Positions 50,063 through 64,000 of a DNA stretch of 64,000 nt are shown here, in pieces. This DNA comes from Lingula anatina. Taxonomy: Eukaryota; Animalia; Brachiopoda. Under the pieces are notes generated by a model, which did not search any database, was not told the DNA's origin, and worked only from the letters and a program-made list of their open reading frames with translations. Numbering within the stretch: the stretch's first letter is position 1; each line of letters starts with the position of its first letter. The stretch lies in NCBI GenBank assembly GCA_051362555.1, contig CM120648.1, positions 597,721 to 661,720 of the forward strand, read 5' to 3'. The position numbers and the translations under genes are program-made.

Positions 50063-53000
50063 TTTAATACAGTGTTGTTATCAGTGGTTTAGGTTCGACA
50101 TATATCTAGATTGCCTCCATAGCTCCAATCGATTTATGATAACGTTGACTGTGCCAAGGTAATCATCTGTAATGAAGAAAACAATAAGTCGTTACTCAGT
50201 ATATTGGTTATAATTCAATCGCTGCATTGATTGTGCAGGTGACCATACATTACCTTTTACATAACATTTTCGCCTGTGTGTGTGTGTGTGCGTGTGCGTG
50301 TGCGTGTGCGTGTGCGGTATGTCTGTGTGCGTGATTTTTAAGTACAGACGTACCTGTATATTTGTGCCTTTGCTGATGCATATGCGTATTTGCATACCTG
50401 TGTTTCAGTGCATCCTACCTGAGCTCAATCGGTATAAATAAACCAGATCTAGGAACCACATGCGTGAAAATACAAATAAGCAAACTCAGGTATAACATCC
50501 TTAACCAATGTCACTGCATCTACCTTGCTAATGTTTGATGGAACTCTTGGCGTTCACTAAATAAGCAAAATGAGCTTCCAACAGCAATGAAGACTCGCAA
50601 GGAAAGGTAGGCAACACAGCTTATATAAACGCGAGCTACTAAGAGCCTTCTGCAGAGAAAATCGATCTTTATTTTTCTGAGCAGACTTCCGTTTTGCGTG
50701 GTCGCTCCAAGGCATTATAACACCTCGGCGTATACTCGGTGCATTTAACTTATGAACATCTGCTCAGCTTTCAGAGGAAAAGGATAACGTTGTGATAGGA
50801 TATCACGTAAAGATGCTCCCTGGATGCCAGGATTTATTTTAACATCTGTCTATGGTTAAAATGGCATCTAGTTGATCTTAGCTTCCGTATTACGTTTTTG
50901 ATTCAGCTTGAGCGAGATGATTTAATGACTTTCGGTTTGAAATCTCACCTCCATATCTTAAGTGAAGTCACTTTTGTTTTACACACCTAGTTGCGAAGAG
51001 CCCTTTTTCAGTGCTCTAAGCTACATCAGGTCCGAAGCTAGCAATTTTAAAAGGGGCTATTGATCTTTTAATAAACAAACCATTTTACCTTCTTAGTCGA
51101 ACATACTTGAAGAACGTCATATAGAACCTAGATCTAAATAAAGTTTTAATTCAGAGCGCATAAGATTCAGCGAAAAGAGAGGTTCGTTTGACACCCACCC
51201 CCGAACTCCCCTTTTCTACAGACCTGTGCGTCTATCATGTTTTTAATATTATATTTATTTCACTTACCTTTTTATTTCTTAGTTTTTCCTATATAAAATG
51301 TTCAATATAAATTCTGAGGTGGTCTAACCGTAAATTACAGTTTAAAATATGAGAACGGCCCAAGAACTAATTTGTTCAGGTTCAGTTAATGCATCTCATT
51401 CTCCCCAAAAAGCACCTCTGCAAGTCTATAATTTCTCACCTGGTCAAATGAGTTACATTTGCATCACACATCTCAACTTGCACACAATGCTATTACTGTA
51501 TTAACTATCTGATACTGCGTTACATGCGGTAAAATCACGAGGGTCTTTGTTAACTGCTAGGTTGGAAGCCAACATTTTCAAAGATAAGGATTTTTTTTCT
51601 AAGGAAGCGGACTTTTATTTTACCGCGAAACTTACGTATAGAACGTAGATATAATGGAATAGAACCTAGATAAAATTTAGATTTAGCTAACGACATTTTA
51701 ACTTATTGATCCATCCTTACCTTTAAAATAAAGCTACCTGTAAATAATTCCTGGTCAAATTTTAGCCTGGAGTAAGTACTAGTACAACGTACATGTAGCT
51801 GCGAACGTTTTACAATGGTAGCAGATATTTCTAACCTCAGATCTAGTGCTGTACATGTACACTGCACATGTATTAAATTGTGCTGTACAATCTTGTCCTA
51901 GCTGCCAACTCAACGTGACACCAGGGTCCTTGTGTTGACGTGTTCACGCTCTGGTGACTGTAATTAGTAGCCGCCAACACAGACGTGTGGTCAGCTGCCT
52001 AATTATCTACCTGGAGCTACTACACCTGAGCTTGTTCAGTTACTGATAGGGTCATTACACCAACTGTGAGAGACGCGCATATGTATCAGGCGTGCGTGGA
52101 GCTATTTAAATGTGTGTGGTGGGTGTGCATTAATAAAGAAGTGAGTGCGCACGTACATGCATATTTGCATGGGGCGCGTGCCTGTGTGTTTGCGTGCGTC
52201 TGTGTGTTTATGTGTGTTTTGGGGTGGGGAGTAACGGCAATGACAAGGTCCTTACATGTATTTCAAATAGACAGGGACTCTTCACCCCACAGCCCGACCT
52301 CATCCTGCGCTTAGGACTGACTTGGTATAAAAAATTCAAGGGCCTCGCCCCCCCCCCCCCCGCCCCCCCCCCCCCCCCCCCCCCGCCACCCACACACACA
52401 CACATAGCTGTAGCCTTCCTCCGACTCCTACGCCTATGATTTATGTACTAGTAAAACCCTATTTAAGATTCACATTTACAGGTGTATGACTTATTTGAAA
52501 CCTGTGTTCCCCCACCGTGCTGAAAGAACATTATATAACAGGTGGAAGGGACTTCATCATGTCTTTATTATCGACCAACCGTGCTACAGGTAAATATACA
52601 TTCCGCAGTCTTACTTCATTACCCAGATTGCTGTCAGAAATACAGTGGAGTAAATACAATGTGAATAGGTGGATAGGTCTTCTGCGAATAAAATGGCCCT
52701 ATTCAATCTTGCTTGCCTTCTCCGACCATTTCGTTACTAATTAAATCACAAAGCTGCAGCACTATCTTGGCAAAAATCAGATAGTGATCGTGCCGAGTTT
52801 GAAGGAATATTTTTTTCGTTCGCACTCTAGTTGACTTTTGGAAAATCATTCAAACAAATACACAAACACACACACACACACACACACACAGACACACGGA
52901 ACCATTTACTCATTAACACAAAAGCGACCAGGCTTAGCCTGAATGTTTGAAACTTTAAATAAATATTTACTACGACAGCAAATTTTAAGTCTCACCTACT

Positions 53001-54969
53001 GCTCCGTGTCAACCTGAACTTCAGCTGTGGAATGGGCAACTATCCCTTTAGCAAGCTGTTGTTTTGATTCCCCCCTCTCCGCGAATGGCCTCTTGTCACG
53101 AGAGTATTGTTTGTGGGCGTGGGGGGTATAATTAGAGCATCGATGTCAATGTCATTCGCCCTTATCGGAACAAGCTATTTATCTCAGCTATCATTTCGGC
53201 AGTCGAGTATTCTCTTTTGTCTCTTCTCACAAATACCTGTGCAAGCCTCACTGAGTCAACAACTTAAGCCAGTGTGCTATATTAAAAAATATTTGCGATG
53301 ATAACCAGGAAACTATATTGTTAACTGGTACTATTTTGGAAATGAAGATATCTTAATACAGTCATTAACCGCGACTGGAGGGTATTTATTGTTGGGCATG
53401 GACTATGCTCTGATATCCGGGCCCCACTAAAATACTTATAAAATCACACTGTGGGACAGAATTCATGTAACAGACTACTATAGCCTACCCTGCAGTCAGA
53501 GAGTAGGCACGTACGATGTTCAGGTTTACGACCACTGTTTATGACTGGGCAGAGTTACATAACATGATGTCCTTATCTTTATGATACTTTATTATAAATC
53601 GGGCTATACATTTGTATCGGTATAGCGACGAATGGACGGCAGAGCGACGAATAAAAGCCTTTTGGGCACAAGAGACATGACTATGAGTAGGTGTCACTGG
53701 TTAGATTAGATTCAAGAAGCCAAACGCGATTAAAATGAAATTATATCTGTAAACAAGATGAATGAGGAGCATTAAATGAAAATATTAAAATATTAATTCA
53801 TTCAACGAAGGAGATGTTACGCGAATAAGTATATTGCAAAATGTTCCAAAAAATTAAGTAGAGTTTTTTTTCATAAAACCAAGGCGGTTTAAGAGACTTC
53901 CTCGATAAAACTAAAATTATTCCATAATTAACATGCCTGTGTGTTTTAAAGTCACCATAACGCGTGAACTATGCCGAAGAGACTCCATATCAAATTTACG
54001 TACCTGTGAAACTACATCCACGGCGGTAGAGCTACACCATCGACCGCAGCTCTTAAACAAAGAAAAAATCTATCCGTAATCAAATGAAACTCTCACGATT
54101 ACACTAAAAAGGAGACTCGACCCTTTCGCATAAATATCGATCTCTTTATTAGTATAATAGCCGTATAATTATCAGCGTCGCTCGATTGAAGCCCCACGGG
54201 AGTTTCTTTATGGAATATCATTAAGTATTAGCTCACTTAATCCTTTGTTTTGCTATTGCCTCTTGTCTTTTATATCGACAGAATTTGTTTTCCGTTAGTG
54301 TTGGATAACATCTAATTAGATTAGTACAATGAGACTGCCAATCATTGGTGTGTGTTTTAGCTACGTTAATAGTATTTGTTTACTAGTTAAAGGCATAAGT
54401 GGTGAATTATTGGAGCAAAACATTCCATAAAACTGAATTTGATCGGGTTAGCGATTCGTAAGCCCTTTTTTTCCCATAAGGACTAGCAATGATGTTAACC
54501 TAATGTCATTTGGCTAGCCGTTCAACTTGCTTCTCGTATGTATTATAATGGATCAGGTTTCTTTTCTTTTTTTTTTTTTTTTTTTTTTTTTGTTGTTGTT
54601 GTTGTTGTCGGGAGGAAATCAAATAACAAACGGCCATTAAAATTTTAGAGGTGATCCATTCACTAATTAAATGGTTAATTTATAATAATTAGAATTGAGG
54701 TTGCTGAGGTTTGCGTAATCTGAGTGCTTTTCAAGGTCAGCACTGCACAGTGCCATTGAATCTATTTTTCTCGAGAGGAGAGTTTAAATTATTTTAATTC
54801 CAAAGGAGTTTAAATAAGTAACGCGCGCCTTGCATGTGACCTCAAGGCATGCTTGAGAAGGGTTTGTCGTTTGCCAACTGAACGGTATGAATCAAGAGTC
54901 GAATTTTGAAATGAGCTGTATGAGCTAGAGTGTGTTTGTGTATGCGAGTTTGTGTGTGTGTGTGTGTGC

Positions 54970-55018
<49 letters not shown>

Positions 55019-56262
55019 TCAAAGTTTGATTACACTTTACCAATGTTGCGTGTAGCACTATTACATGTGGATTTCACGTTATTGGTAGACTGCATGCATG
55101 CACATGTACCAGAAGGTCTGCACATCTCTTGTTGTCTCTCTGTGTTTGTGAACATACAGTGTATGTACATGCACGTGCGCACGTTATGGAATGGTGCACG
55201 CGTACCCGTCTCTATGGTGATCATACACGTGAATATCAGATTATCCCGACATCACAGTCAATGGCCACTGCGGGAGGGGGAAGAAGAGGGAAATGATGTG
55301 TAAGACCTATAATACACAATGCACGATACGTACATGCATATTTATATCAGGGGCGTAACCAGGCATACGCACGGATGCACTGTGCGTACAATTTTTGAGC
55401 CAACCATGATATTATTCTCCATAAATTTAGTGTATTTTTCACGGAATATAATCGTACCTGAGAATTTTCAAAATCTGTGCGTACAATTTTAAAAGGTCTG
55501 GTTACGCCCCTGTATATGATAACTGCATATGTATAAAATGAACTTTTATTGAACACCACTATCCAAGAAATACTTTTAAATAGTTTGTTGACCCTTACCC
55601 CGAAATGTGTGACCCCTCACTGCGAGTATTAGTATAATGAGAACAAGGACACCTGGCTGGCAAAACCACTGGGTGCAAGATTTAGGCCACAGGAAATGAA
55701 CACAGTTTCTGGTCTTCCCGCACGTCACGCAGTTACCTGATACAACAACATACTGGGATGAATACCTTTACTATCTACTAGATTTTAAAGATATCTACAT
55801 TTTTTGGCAGTAATATTCTGTGATTTTTTCATGGTTCATGAGCATTCATAACATTTTATTGTTGACAGAGTTTATTATATACTTGTTCAAAGTACAGCAA
55901 TACACATGTAGGTCAAATAAATAATTATAAAAGGTTGAAAATATAGTTTACACCGAGTGAAGTTTGATAACGTCCAACTGAAAGACTGTCCACTATAACG
56001 TCGAATAATTGTGTCCGGTGTAACGTGACAGAGAGTCCCCCATGACAGAGAGTCCGCTTCCCATTCATTTGCACAGGTAAGCCTCGCACTAGATTTTGAC
56101 CCACTTAGCTCAGGCTAACCCTAACCATTATAACTAACTGGAGGGCGGACTTTCTGTTACAAGGACCCTCAGTTTTGTCACACCTGGCTAGCCTAATCCC
56201 CGTCTCTAAGCATGTGTTTAGGTGATATCCAGATATCATATCAGCATTGACAAAACCCCACG

Positions 56263-56741
56263 ATGACTCGCGATAGTAAGTCGTCGTTGTCTTCTGTTTT
56301 ACCAAAACTGGTTCTGCTTTTAACTTTTCATACAATAGTATCTGGTGCAACCGTCCCGAAAGATGTTTACGACAAGAAAATGCAGCTGTCCCATCTTTTG
56401 TTTTGGATAGAAGATTTAACTCAGATTCTGCACGCGGAGTGCCCGTCATTTGTTGGAGCCATCGCCGGGCAAACGTTAATCGGCAGACGACAGTTGCAAA
56501 GCGCAGGAAACGACCTCGTGCGCCTGGAGCTTGAGATTCGACTGGCTGAAAAACGACTGGATTATTTAATGGAGGAATACACAAAGTGTAAAGGATCGCA
56601 AACCGTGAAACCAGCCGCGAGTGAAAAACCCTCACCTCAACCCGTGACGGCAGCTACTACTACGACCTCCCCCAAAACAGGTAGAAATATGTCGTCTTTA
56701 TTTTTCTAAAATATATCAGTTATAGGAATTAGCCCATCCAA

Positions 56742-56797
<56 letters not shown>

Positions 56798-58840
56798 GAT
56801 GATGATAAAGAAGAAGAAGAAGAGAAAAAAATCGATGATGATAATGAAGAATAATTAAACACTTAGCACTGCATTTTGATTTATCCTCCAGCATGGCCTT
56901 AAAATATGTTAAAAGAACTTCCTCGCTGTAACCATTGGCTGTAAGAAGCTTTTGGTGTTTTAGTCGAACAATTTTTTAAGATTTGTCATCAAATAGGTGA
57001 AAAAGCAATTCTGTTCTTTGACTACAAAAATCGATTCATCTGTAAAAAGCCTATCCCTTTAACATTGCACTTTGATTTAGAAAAAAAGTTAGGTAGATTC
57101 TGTAGGGGATTTTCAAACACTTCAAACACTTCAAACACAACTTGAACTAAAATTGTACAGGTATTTCAGGTATCCGTCATCACAGAGTTTACTATGTTGG
57201 CATCGTGGAGACATATTGGGATTACGCTCCAAATGGTAACCTGGTCAGCCAGAAACTAGACAAGTGAGCACATGCACATTTACACTCTAGATTATCTTTC
57301 TAAAGGAAAGAATATTTTAACGTACTAATGGCCGACTCAAATTGACAAAATAGTCAGACTTATGTCATTTTATAAACCGTCTCAGAAACTTTTTTATCTG
57401 GCAAAACTTCTTTTGTGTTTCAATTATTAATTAATTAATTATTTGTGAACAGGGCTGCCAACAAGTACCTCAATAGCTCTGCATACCTGGGTAAAGTTTT
57501 CAAGAAGGTCGTCTACCGGGAGTATGAGGACTCCAGTTTCAGCAAGCAGAAGCCCCACCCTCCCCACCTTGGTGTACTGGGGCCCATCATCCGCGGCGAG
57601 GAGGGAGAGAACGTCACGGTCTACCTGAAGAACATGGCCTCGCGTCCGTACTCGATGCATCCCCACGGTGCCGCCTACCTGAAAAAACACGAAGGTAATC
57701 ATCTTGAAGCGTCCTGACTGAGGCCGCATTCACAACAAAAGTTGATCCGCGGACTAAAGGATCTGTGGATCAAATATGGTCGACCCACATGAAAGCTTAC
57801 CTCGTAACTCCCCGGGAAATCTCTTCATTGCCTATTAGTCGATTTTGCGACAAGCTTTTAAGTGGGTCGGCCATATTTGATCCAAGGATCTGTTAGTACG
57901 CGGGTCAATGTGAATCTGAATGTGCCCTAGGTAAGTTACTTGTGACCACACGGTCCGGGCACTGACTAGGATAAATCGACAAGAGTACCCAAGAAATGTG
58001 GCGCTGTCCTCAAACATCCCAAACACACGCGTACCTATCAAAGCGGCGTGGGAACGCGGCACATGTCATCGAAGACCTGTGGCCCAGTAATATTGCCCGT
58101 TTAAAGTAATCTTAAACGGGCAAGATTACTTTAAACATATATGAAGTTAGACTTAAGTAAGAAGTGGACTTAATTCATCTTAACGGTCCCTTTAGCTTGT
58201 CAGGTTTCGAAAAAGTCAGCAATAGGCGGAAATGCTCCATATAGCGGATACCAATACCCATCCCTTAATGCTCTATTTCAGCGTTTAGATAAGCCTATCC
58301 AATTATTCAGTACGTATCATCCACACGTATTTGTTATGTCCAAATATTGTTTGGTCCCCTGCGTTGACACCAAAGCGGATTATCAGATTTCGCTCCCTTT
58401 TTACTTAGTTTTAAATATGACATACGCTAATCTACTAACTGTGATGAAGCTCGTCTTATTCTTGACACTAGAACATGAGAATCACATTCTTTGTATTTAA
58501 TTGAATAAGAAATACATTTACATATTAACGTTTTCTACATATTGGTCACAACCTTTATGATTTCAGGAGCTCTCTACATAGATGGCACCAGTGGTCAAGA
58601 CAAACTGGACGACGGTGTTAGGCCGGGGACAGTGGTCCGACTGGACTGGCTGTTGCGATCAGAGACGAAAGGGGAGCCCGCTACTGGTGATGAAAACTGC
58701 GTTCCCTGGGTGTACCACTCACACGTGAACCCCATTAGAGATGTGGCGGCCGGCCTTAAAGGATTGCTGTTAATCTGCAGACCGGGTGGGTATAATGTTC
58801 AAATCATCGAAATAAATGAATGAATAAATAAATAAATGAA

Positions 58841-58879
<39 letters not shown>

Positions 58880-60613
58880 ACTGACGTATGTCTACATGTA
58901 CACATGGAGTTAGACTTTCTCAACAGAACTCACGTGATGTACAACTGTAATTTTCTCTAAAGACATGTTTTGACAAATCAAATATGTACGATTTTTAAGA
59001 ATACGTCATTTGTTGTAGCAGTTGAGAGGCGCTATTAAATCAAACTCACCAATACATCCCATATTTTAATTGTAAAGCATGTTTGAAAAACAAACTCTTT
59101 TTGAATCTATCCAACATATAACGTCATCATATCATTAATGGTTGTATTTAATCTTAAGGTACGCTTGATGCTAATAATAAACGCAAAGACGTCGACAAAG
59201 AGTATCTGCTCTTATCCCACATTATTAACGAATACACAAGTTGGTATCTGGACGAAAATATCGGCGACAGAGCTGTCAATCCCGAAAACGAGGCTTTCCA
59301 AGAAGCGCTTCACTTTCATACCATAAATGGGCGTATCTATGGCAACGTGCCAGGTCTTGACGTCTGCGTCGGCGAGAAGGTTGCTTGGTACTTTGTTGGC
59401 CTTGGCAACGAGGGAGACATCCATACTCTGTCGTTCAATGGACAGACACTGGAGTATAACCACCACAGGTTGGCCCAATATGTTATAACACACACACAAA
59501 AAAAAAAACATATAGTTTTTATTATGATAAAAAAGTAGTTAAGAATTACGAATTAGGATGACAGTGTTATAAATTAAAACAATTTGGCCCTAGCATAACA
59601 GCACAGTCACCAAAAACCCTTTTAAAAATGAGCATTTAATCTTTGAGATTTAACATTTTAGAAACCAGAAGGGCTTAACCCATGTCTTCCAACTCTTGAA
59701 TAACACGTATCTTAGTCTCTTGGATCAAACATATTTTGAAAATATTAAGATTGTTATATACACAACTGTTTTGGCATTCAGAACTGACATCGTGGCGTTA
59801 TTCCCTGCAAAGTTTGCCGCCGCCACCATGGTTCCTAGTGAGCCCGGAACGTGGCTAATCAAGTGTCAGATGTCAGACCATTATGAAGGTTAGTATCCAA
59901 GTATAGTTTGCTTCAAAAAATTGTCAGGTCATCAGATACCTTCAGATATTATCAAGAAAGCGCCTTGTGTGTCTACTCTCATGTTTAGCCGTGGTTATGT
60001 TTTGAAATACTCCGCACCAGTATACTCTAGATTATAGTGATTTTTCTTCCATTTTTTTGTATTGGTTGAACAACTTTTATGCGAGGAATATAATTACTTT
60101 AGAACTATAAATACCTCTCGTTTTTCTTTTTCGCTCCCACTGCATTAGTTTGTTTTCTAATCTAGAGTCACAGGGCTAAATGATTACGTTTTCATATCCG
60201 GAGAGTTCCTTACTAGTTCGACTTCCAATAAACGCACCTTTGGTGGTAAAAGAATGTTTTCAATTTTTAATTTTTTTGTTTTTCTAGCTGGAGAGCAGGC
60301 ATTTTTGAGGGTGACTTCATCATGTGGTGCGAAGAGACAAGGCCAGGCGCAGCTAGGAGGACAGACGAGGACATACTACATAGCCGCTGAGGAAGGTGTG
60401 TGGGACTATGGTCCATCCGGTAGAAACGAATACGAGAGGAACTCACCGCCCCTTGCCTCACCTGGGAGGTAAACTTAAATGATAGTTATGCCCAAAGCAT
60501 TTTGCATTTTGAACGGAAAAGAAGAGGGTAGTTATTATTTGCTTCATCACAGGTCATTCTTATATATATTTGATGACTTGATAAGTTAATTAAAAAAAGT
60601 TAACCCCCCCCCC

Positions 60614-60644
<31 letters not shown>

Positions 60645-63600
60645 CCACACATTAAAAAAGCTGCTGCGTTATTATTTAAAGTATGGTACTTTGGCTCATG
60701 GACAATTCTGTTATCATATTCTGACCAGCAAAGTATTGTTAAAACTTGTTAGCGATGTTATCATTTAAACTGAGATTCAGATAGCCCATAATTGGAATTA
60801 TGAATAATTACATATTAATAATTATTAATAATTACATTAAAGAGACAGCCGTCGATCAAAAATTTTGGAATTCCATTTCATTTTCAATTTCTTTAGTTGC
60901 GATACATTACTAAAAATGATCAGAGCTGTAAAGACATAATTCTCTTTCCATCTAGCCGCTCCCACATGTACTTTGAAAACAGCGACGTCAAAATTGGCGG
61001 GAAATACTGGAAGGCGAGATTCCACGAGTATGAAGATGCTTCTTTTACTAAGAAACGTAGCAGATCTGCAGCTGAGCAGTACCTGGGTTTTCTGGGTCCA
61101 GTCATTCAAGCCGAAGTTGGAGATACTATAAAAGTAGATAGTTTATATCATCCATTCAGATTTTAGTGGAACTCATCGTGTGCTTTTTGATTGTGTTATA
61201 CATTTCGCTGTCTTATTGTACTTCATCTTGTTCTCCTTTTTTTCCCTCTGTGATCGACATTTTTGTCCAACCAGTTTTGTCTACAAGGGCTGAAAAGAGG
61301 TGCATTGATAACCTTTTTCTGTTATGGAAGTAAATTCGAAAGAAATAGAGAGAAAGTTTATCACGGAGGGACAAGTAAAAATGGCTTATTTTCACGTCAA
61401 ACCGCCGAGGAAGTAAATTCAAAGCCATTCTTTCAAAACAATAATGATCATAATGTGAAAATAATAATAATGAAAAAACGGTCTTAATGTTTTAATGTAA
61501 AAAATGTCTAAATACCATCTACCCGGGCGATTTCATCTCTATCATCTCAGTGCAACTTTTTCATCTACATCTACATCTAGATACACATCTAGTACATTTT
61601 GTTGTTCTTTTTCTCTTCAGGTTGTCTTCAAGAACATGGCGTCTAGACCGTACAATATCCACCCCCGGGGCGTTCGGTATACGAAGGACAACGAAGGGGA
61701 GGATTACTCTGATGGCAGAAAGGGTAGGGATTATTGCGAATATTGTTTTTATATATTTATGTATGATTATTTTCTTGCACGCTGTAAGTGACGGTTTTAG
61801 ATACATATTTGTCTGCTGGCAAATAACATTTGTGAAATCATTACTGCATAACACGATTAATATGGAAAACATTTCACCATTCCTCTACTTTCGAAACCTC
61901 AGATAAAGGCAAAGGTAACGTAGGCGTGGCACCCAGGGAAACATACACGTACACGTGGACAGTGCCTGATTCATACGCACCGACGTCAAAGGACACCGGC
62001 TGTATCACGTACACGTATCAGTCCGCGGTGGACCCGGTGAGGGACATGTATTCGGGACTGGTGGGGCCGCTTGTGGTGTGTAAAAAAGGAGCACTGAAAC
62101 AGGTAGAGCATCTACATACCAGTGTACACTGAGTGCAGTCTTATAAATACATGTAGTGCGTAAAAGTTGTACATGGCCAAACTTATATGTCTACTATTAA
62201 TTTAACTGCTGTGTAAAATTTTGAGACCAAAGCGACAGGTTTAGTGCCGATGAAAAATAAAATTGTTTTGTACCCTTGTCAAATGGCCTTGACCCAAATG
62301 CTGTCTCGGTGAATCAGAATCATTACACATTTCCACATTTGTCCACTGTACTCTATCTTTTAATGGTGGTCCAAGTCTCGGGCGTAAATCTGTTTTATTC
62401 AAGAATAATTTTCTCTTTCATAGCGCGGCAAGGATTATATCCTTCTATTTGCCGCCACGGACGAGAACCAGTCATGGTATATAGAGAAGAATATGGCGGA
62501 ATCTACTCGACTGAAACCAGGTGCCAAGCTGCCGGCTGATTTTGAAGAGTCCAACATAATGAGAGGTATCTGAACTGAAGGCATCTATCTAATGTTCATT
62601 TTGAAGAAATAGAGTTTCGCCTTTTCGGTTTATTTTTTAATTTGTGTGCAGACATTACAAATCTGAACAATATTCTGCTAAAAGAAGGTAAACATTTATC
62701 AAAAATTTATACTTTTCATATTCATGATATTTACTCTTAATGAGTGTACTGCCCTCTAGTGCATTTCCTTTTCAACCAAATCCCCTTTGATTACAGAAGT
62801 TTGTCATTTTGATCACGTGTTCTTAGAGATGGAATAAATGCACTTCAATATTTTAAAAAGGCCGCGATCGCCATTGGTGTGCAGATCAGTAGATAACAAT
62901 CATAAAATAAATAAATTATAATCTTTTGTCTGTTTCATAATGTACAGGCATCAATGGGTTCTCGTTTGGGAACCTGCCTCTCTTGAGTACATGTGTCGGA
63001 GAACATGTCACCTGGCGCCTTCTATCGGTGGGAAATTTACTGGATATGCACACGCCCACTTTTAACGGAAATACTTTCTTGCGGTTTGGTGGCAATACTA
63101 AGGACTCGGTTTTTCTATTCCCTGGAACTTCGGAGACGTTGGAAATGGTACCAGTTAATTCAGGTAATGCAACTGTATTATCATTTTTTGTCAAGTGCAT
63201 TTCAGGCGCCCCATACATGTATATATCTCTACTGGTTTGCAAAAAAATGCATGTGAATATTTTTCTGTTTTATTGGGTCTGGGTGTTACCATTATCATGT
63301 GGCTGTGAGTGTTGAAGATCATGCAAATGCTTAATTTTTAGATATATGTGTTTATACTTTACTACTTCCTACTTTACTTACTTTAATATGGCATTTTTCA
63401 GTTATATAAAGATCAATTGATTTTTAATGAGAACTGTGGCCATTTAGAAACGACAGTGTATAATAAATGCCACATTTCAGGTACATGGAGTCTTGTGGAC
63501 GGTAACAATGAGAACTTTAATGCCGGGCTCAGTGCATTATATAAAGTGTCCACATGCACCAGGGTTTCTAATATGGGAAAAGCAGCAACAGCAGCGGCAT

Positions 63601-63715
63601 CTTCAGGTGGGAGTGGCGGGAAAACGCGCACCTATTTTATTGCCGCGGAGGAAGTGATGTGGGAATATGCGCCGTATAAATATGATCTGGTTTTCAATAG
63701 AAGTATCTTTTATTC
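56263..63715 (+). CDS. Ceruloplasmin/hephaestin-like multicopper oxidase (cupredoxin domains 1-4 and start of 5; continues beyond the window)
   Basis: Exons: 56263-56680; 57161(or 57170)-57263 (RVYYVGIVETYWDYAP); 57453-57694 (LGVLGPIIRGE, YSMHPHG); 58567-58785 (WVYHSHV); 59159-59468; 59782-59888; 60288-60468; 60956-61133; 61621-61723; 61903-62102; 62424-62565; 62948-63163; 63481-63715 (TYFIAAEEVMWEYAP). Confidence 0.92.
56742..56798. repeat. (AAT)n microsatellite in intron 1 of the oxidase gene
   Basis: Perfect AAT run. Confidence 0.9.
57720..57930. mobile_element. Palindromic MITE, same family as 20035-20233 (possibly Tourist/Harbinger-like)
   Basis: GGCCGCATTCA..GGATCAAATATGGTCGACCCAC / GTGGGTCGGCCATATTTGATCC..TGAATGTGCCC. 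Confidence 0.75.
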
Positions 63716-64000
63716 GTAAGTAGAAAAAGAGCAATATTTTAAGCTCACTTTAAAAATGGAGATTACTAAAACTGCTCACTTAGTGAAGTAAGAGAAATAT
63801 CCATCGTATTTTTCCTGTTTCACCGAATTGTGATTCTTTTAGATGTTCTTTTAGTTTGAGGGAAAATATAAATACCTATCGTCAGATATTGATATCAAAG
63901 CAACAATAACGATCGAAACGCACTGTAGACCCATATATCATTTCTCAATTCAGATTTCATATTAAATCAAAATAATCCTGTTGACGCACATTGATTTTTG

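Noticed and set aside
56105-56635. 176-aa minus-strand ORF
   Set aside because: It is an antisense shadow of the GC-richer first exon of the oxidase gene.

Overview
AT-rich, intron-rich animal (invertebrate-like) genomic DNA. No prokaryotic features, CRISPR arrays or RNA genes were seen. Positions 1-47.7 kb hold three tandem + strand receptor tyrosine kinase (RTK) genes. They share a near-identical transmembrane/juxtamembrane/kinase module most like the Cad96Ca (Stitcher)/RET group, ending in DEKC*. Their ectodomains differ: RTK-1 (5' truncated) has EGF repeats, while RTK-2 and RTK-3 carry a signal peptide plus five neuroglian/L1-CAM-type Ig domains, with no Ig6 or FN3 domains. RTK-2 looks like an unequal-crossover hybrid of RTK-3 (5') and RTK-1 (3'). 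A 93-bp phase-0 juxtamembrane exon carrying YEIP varies in copy number and tyrosine content between the paralogs. The first kinase exon of RTK-1 is interrupted by a 5.1-kb CACTG-ended transposon, and an RTK-1 intron holds a decayed Tc1 element. Downstream are an unrecognised 269-aa minus-strand ORF and the 5' part of a ceruloplasmin/hephaestin-like multicopper oxidase, which has an extra N-terminal helical segment and altered type-1 Cu sites. Exon models were read by hand from GT-AG sites and reading-frame continuity. Family assignments come from recalled motifs, not database searches.
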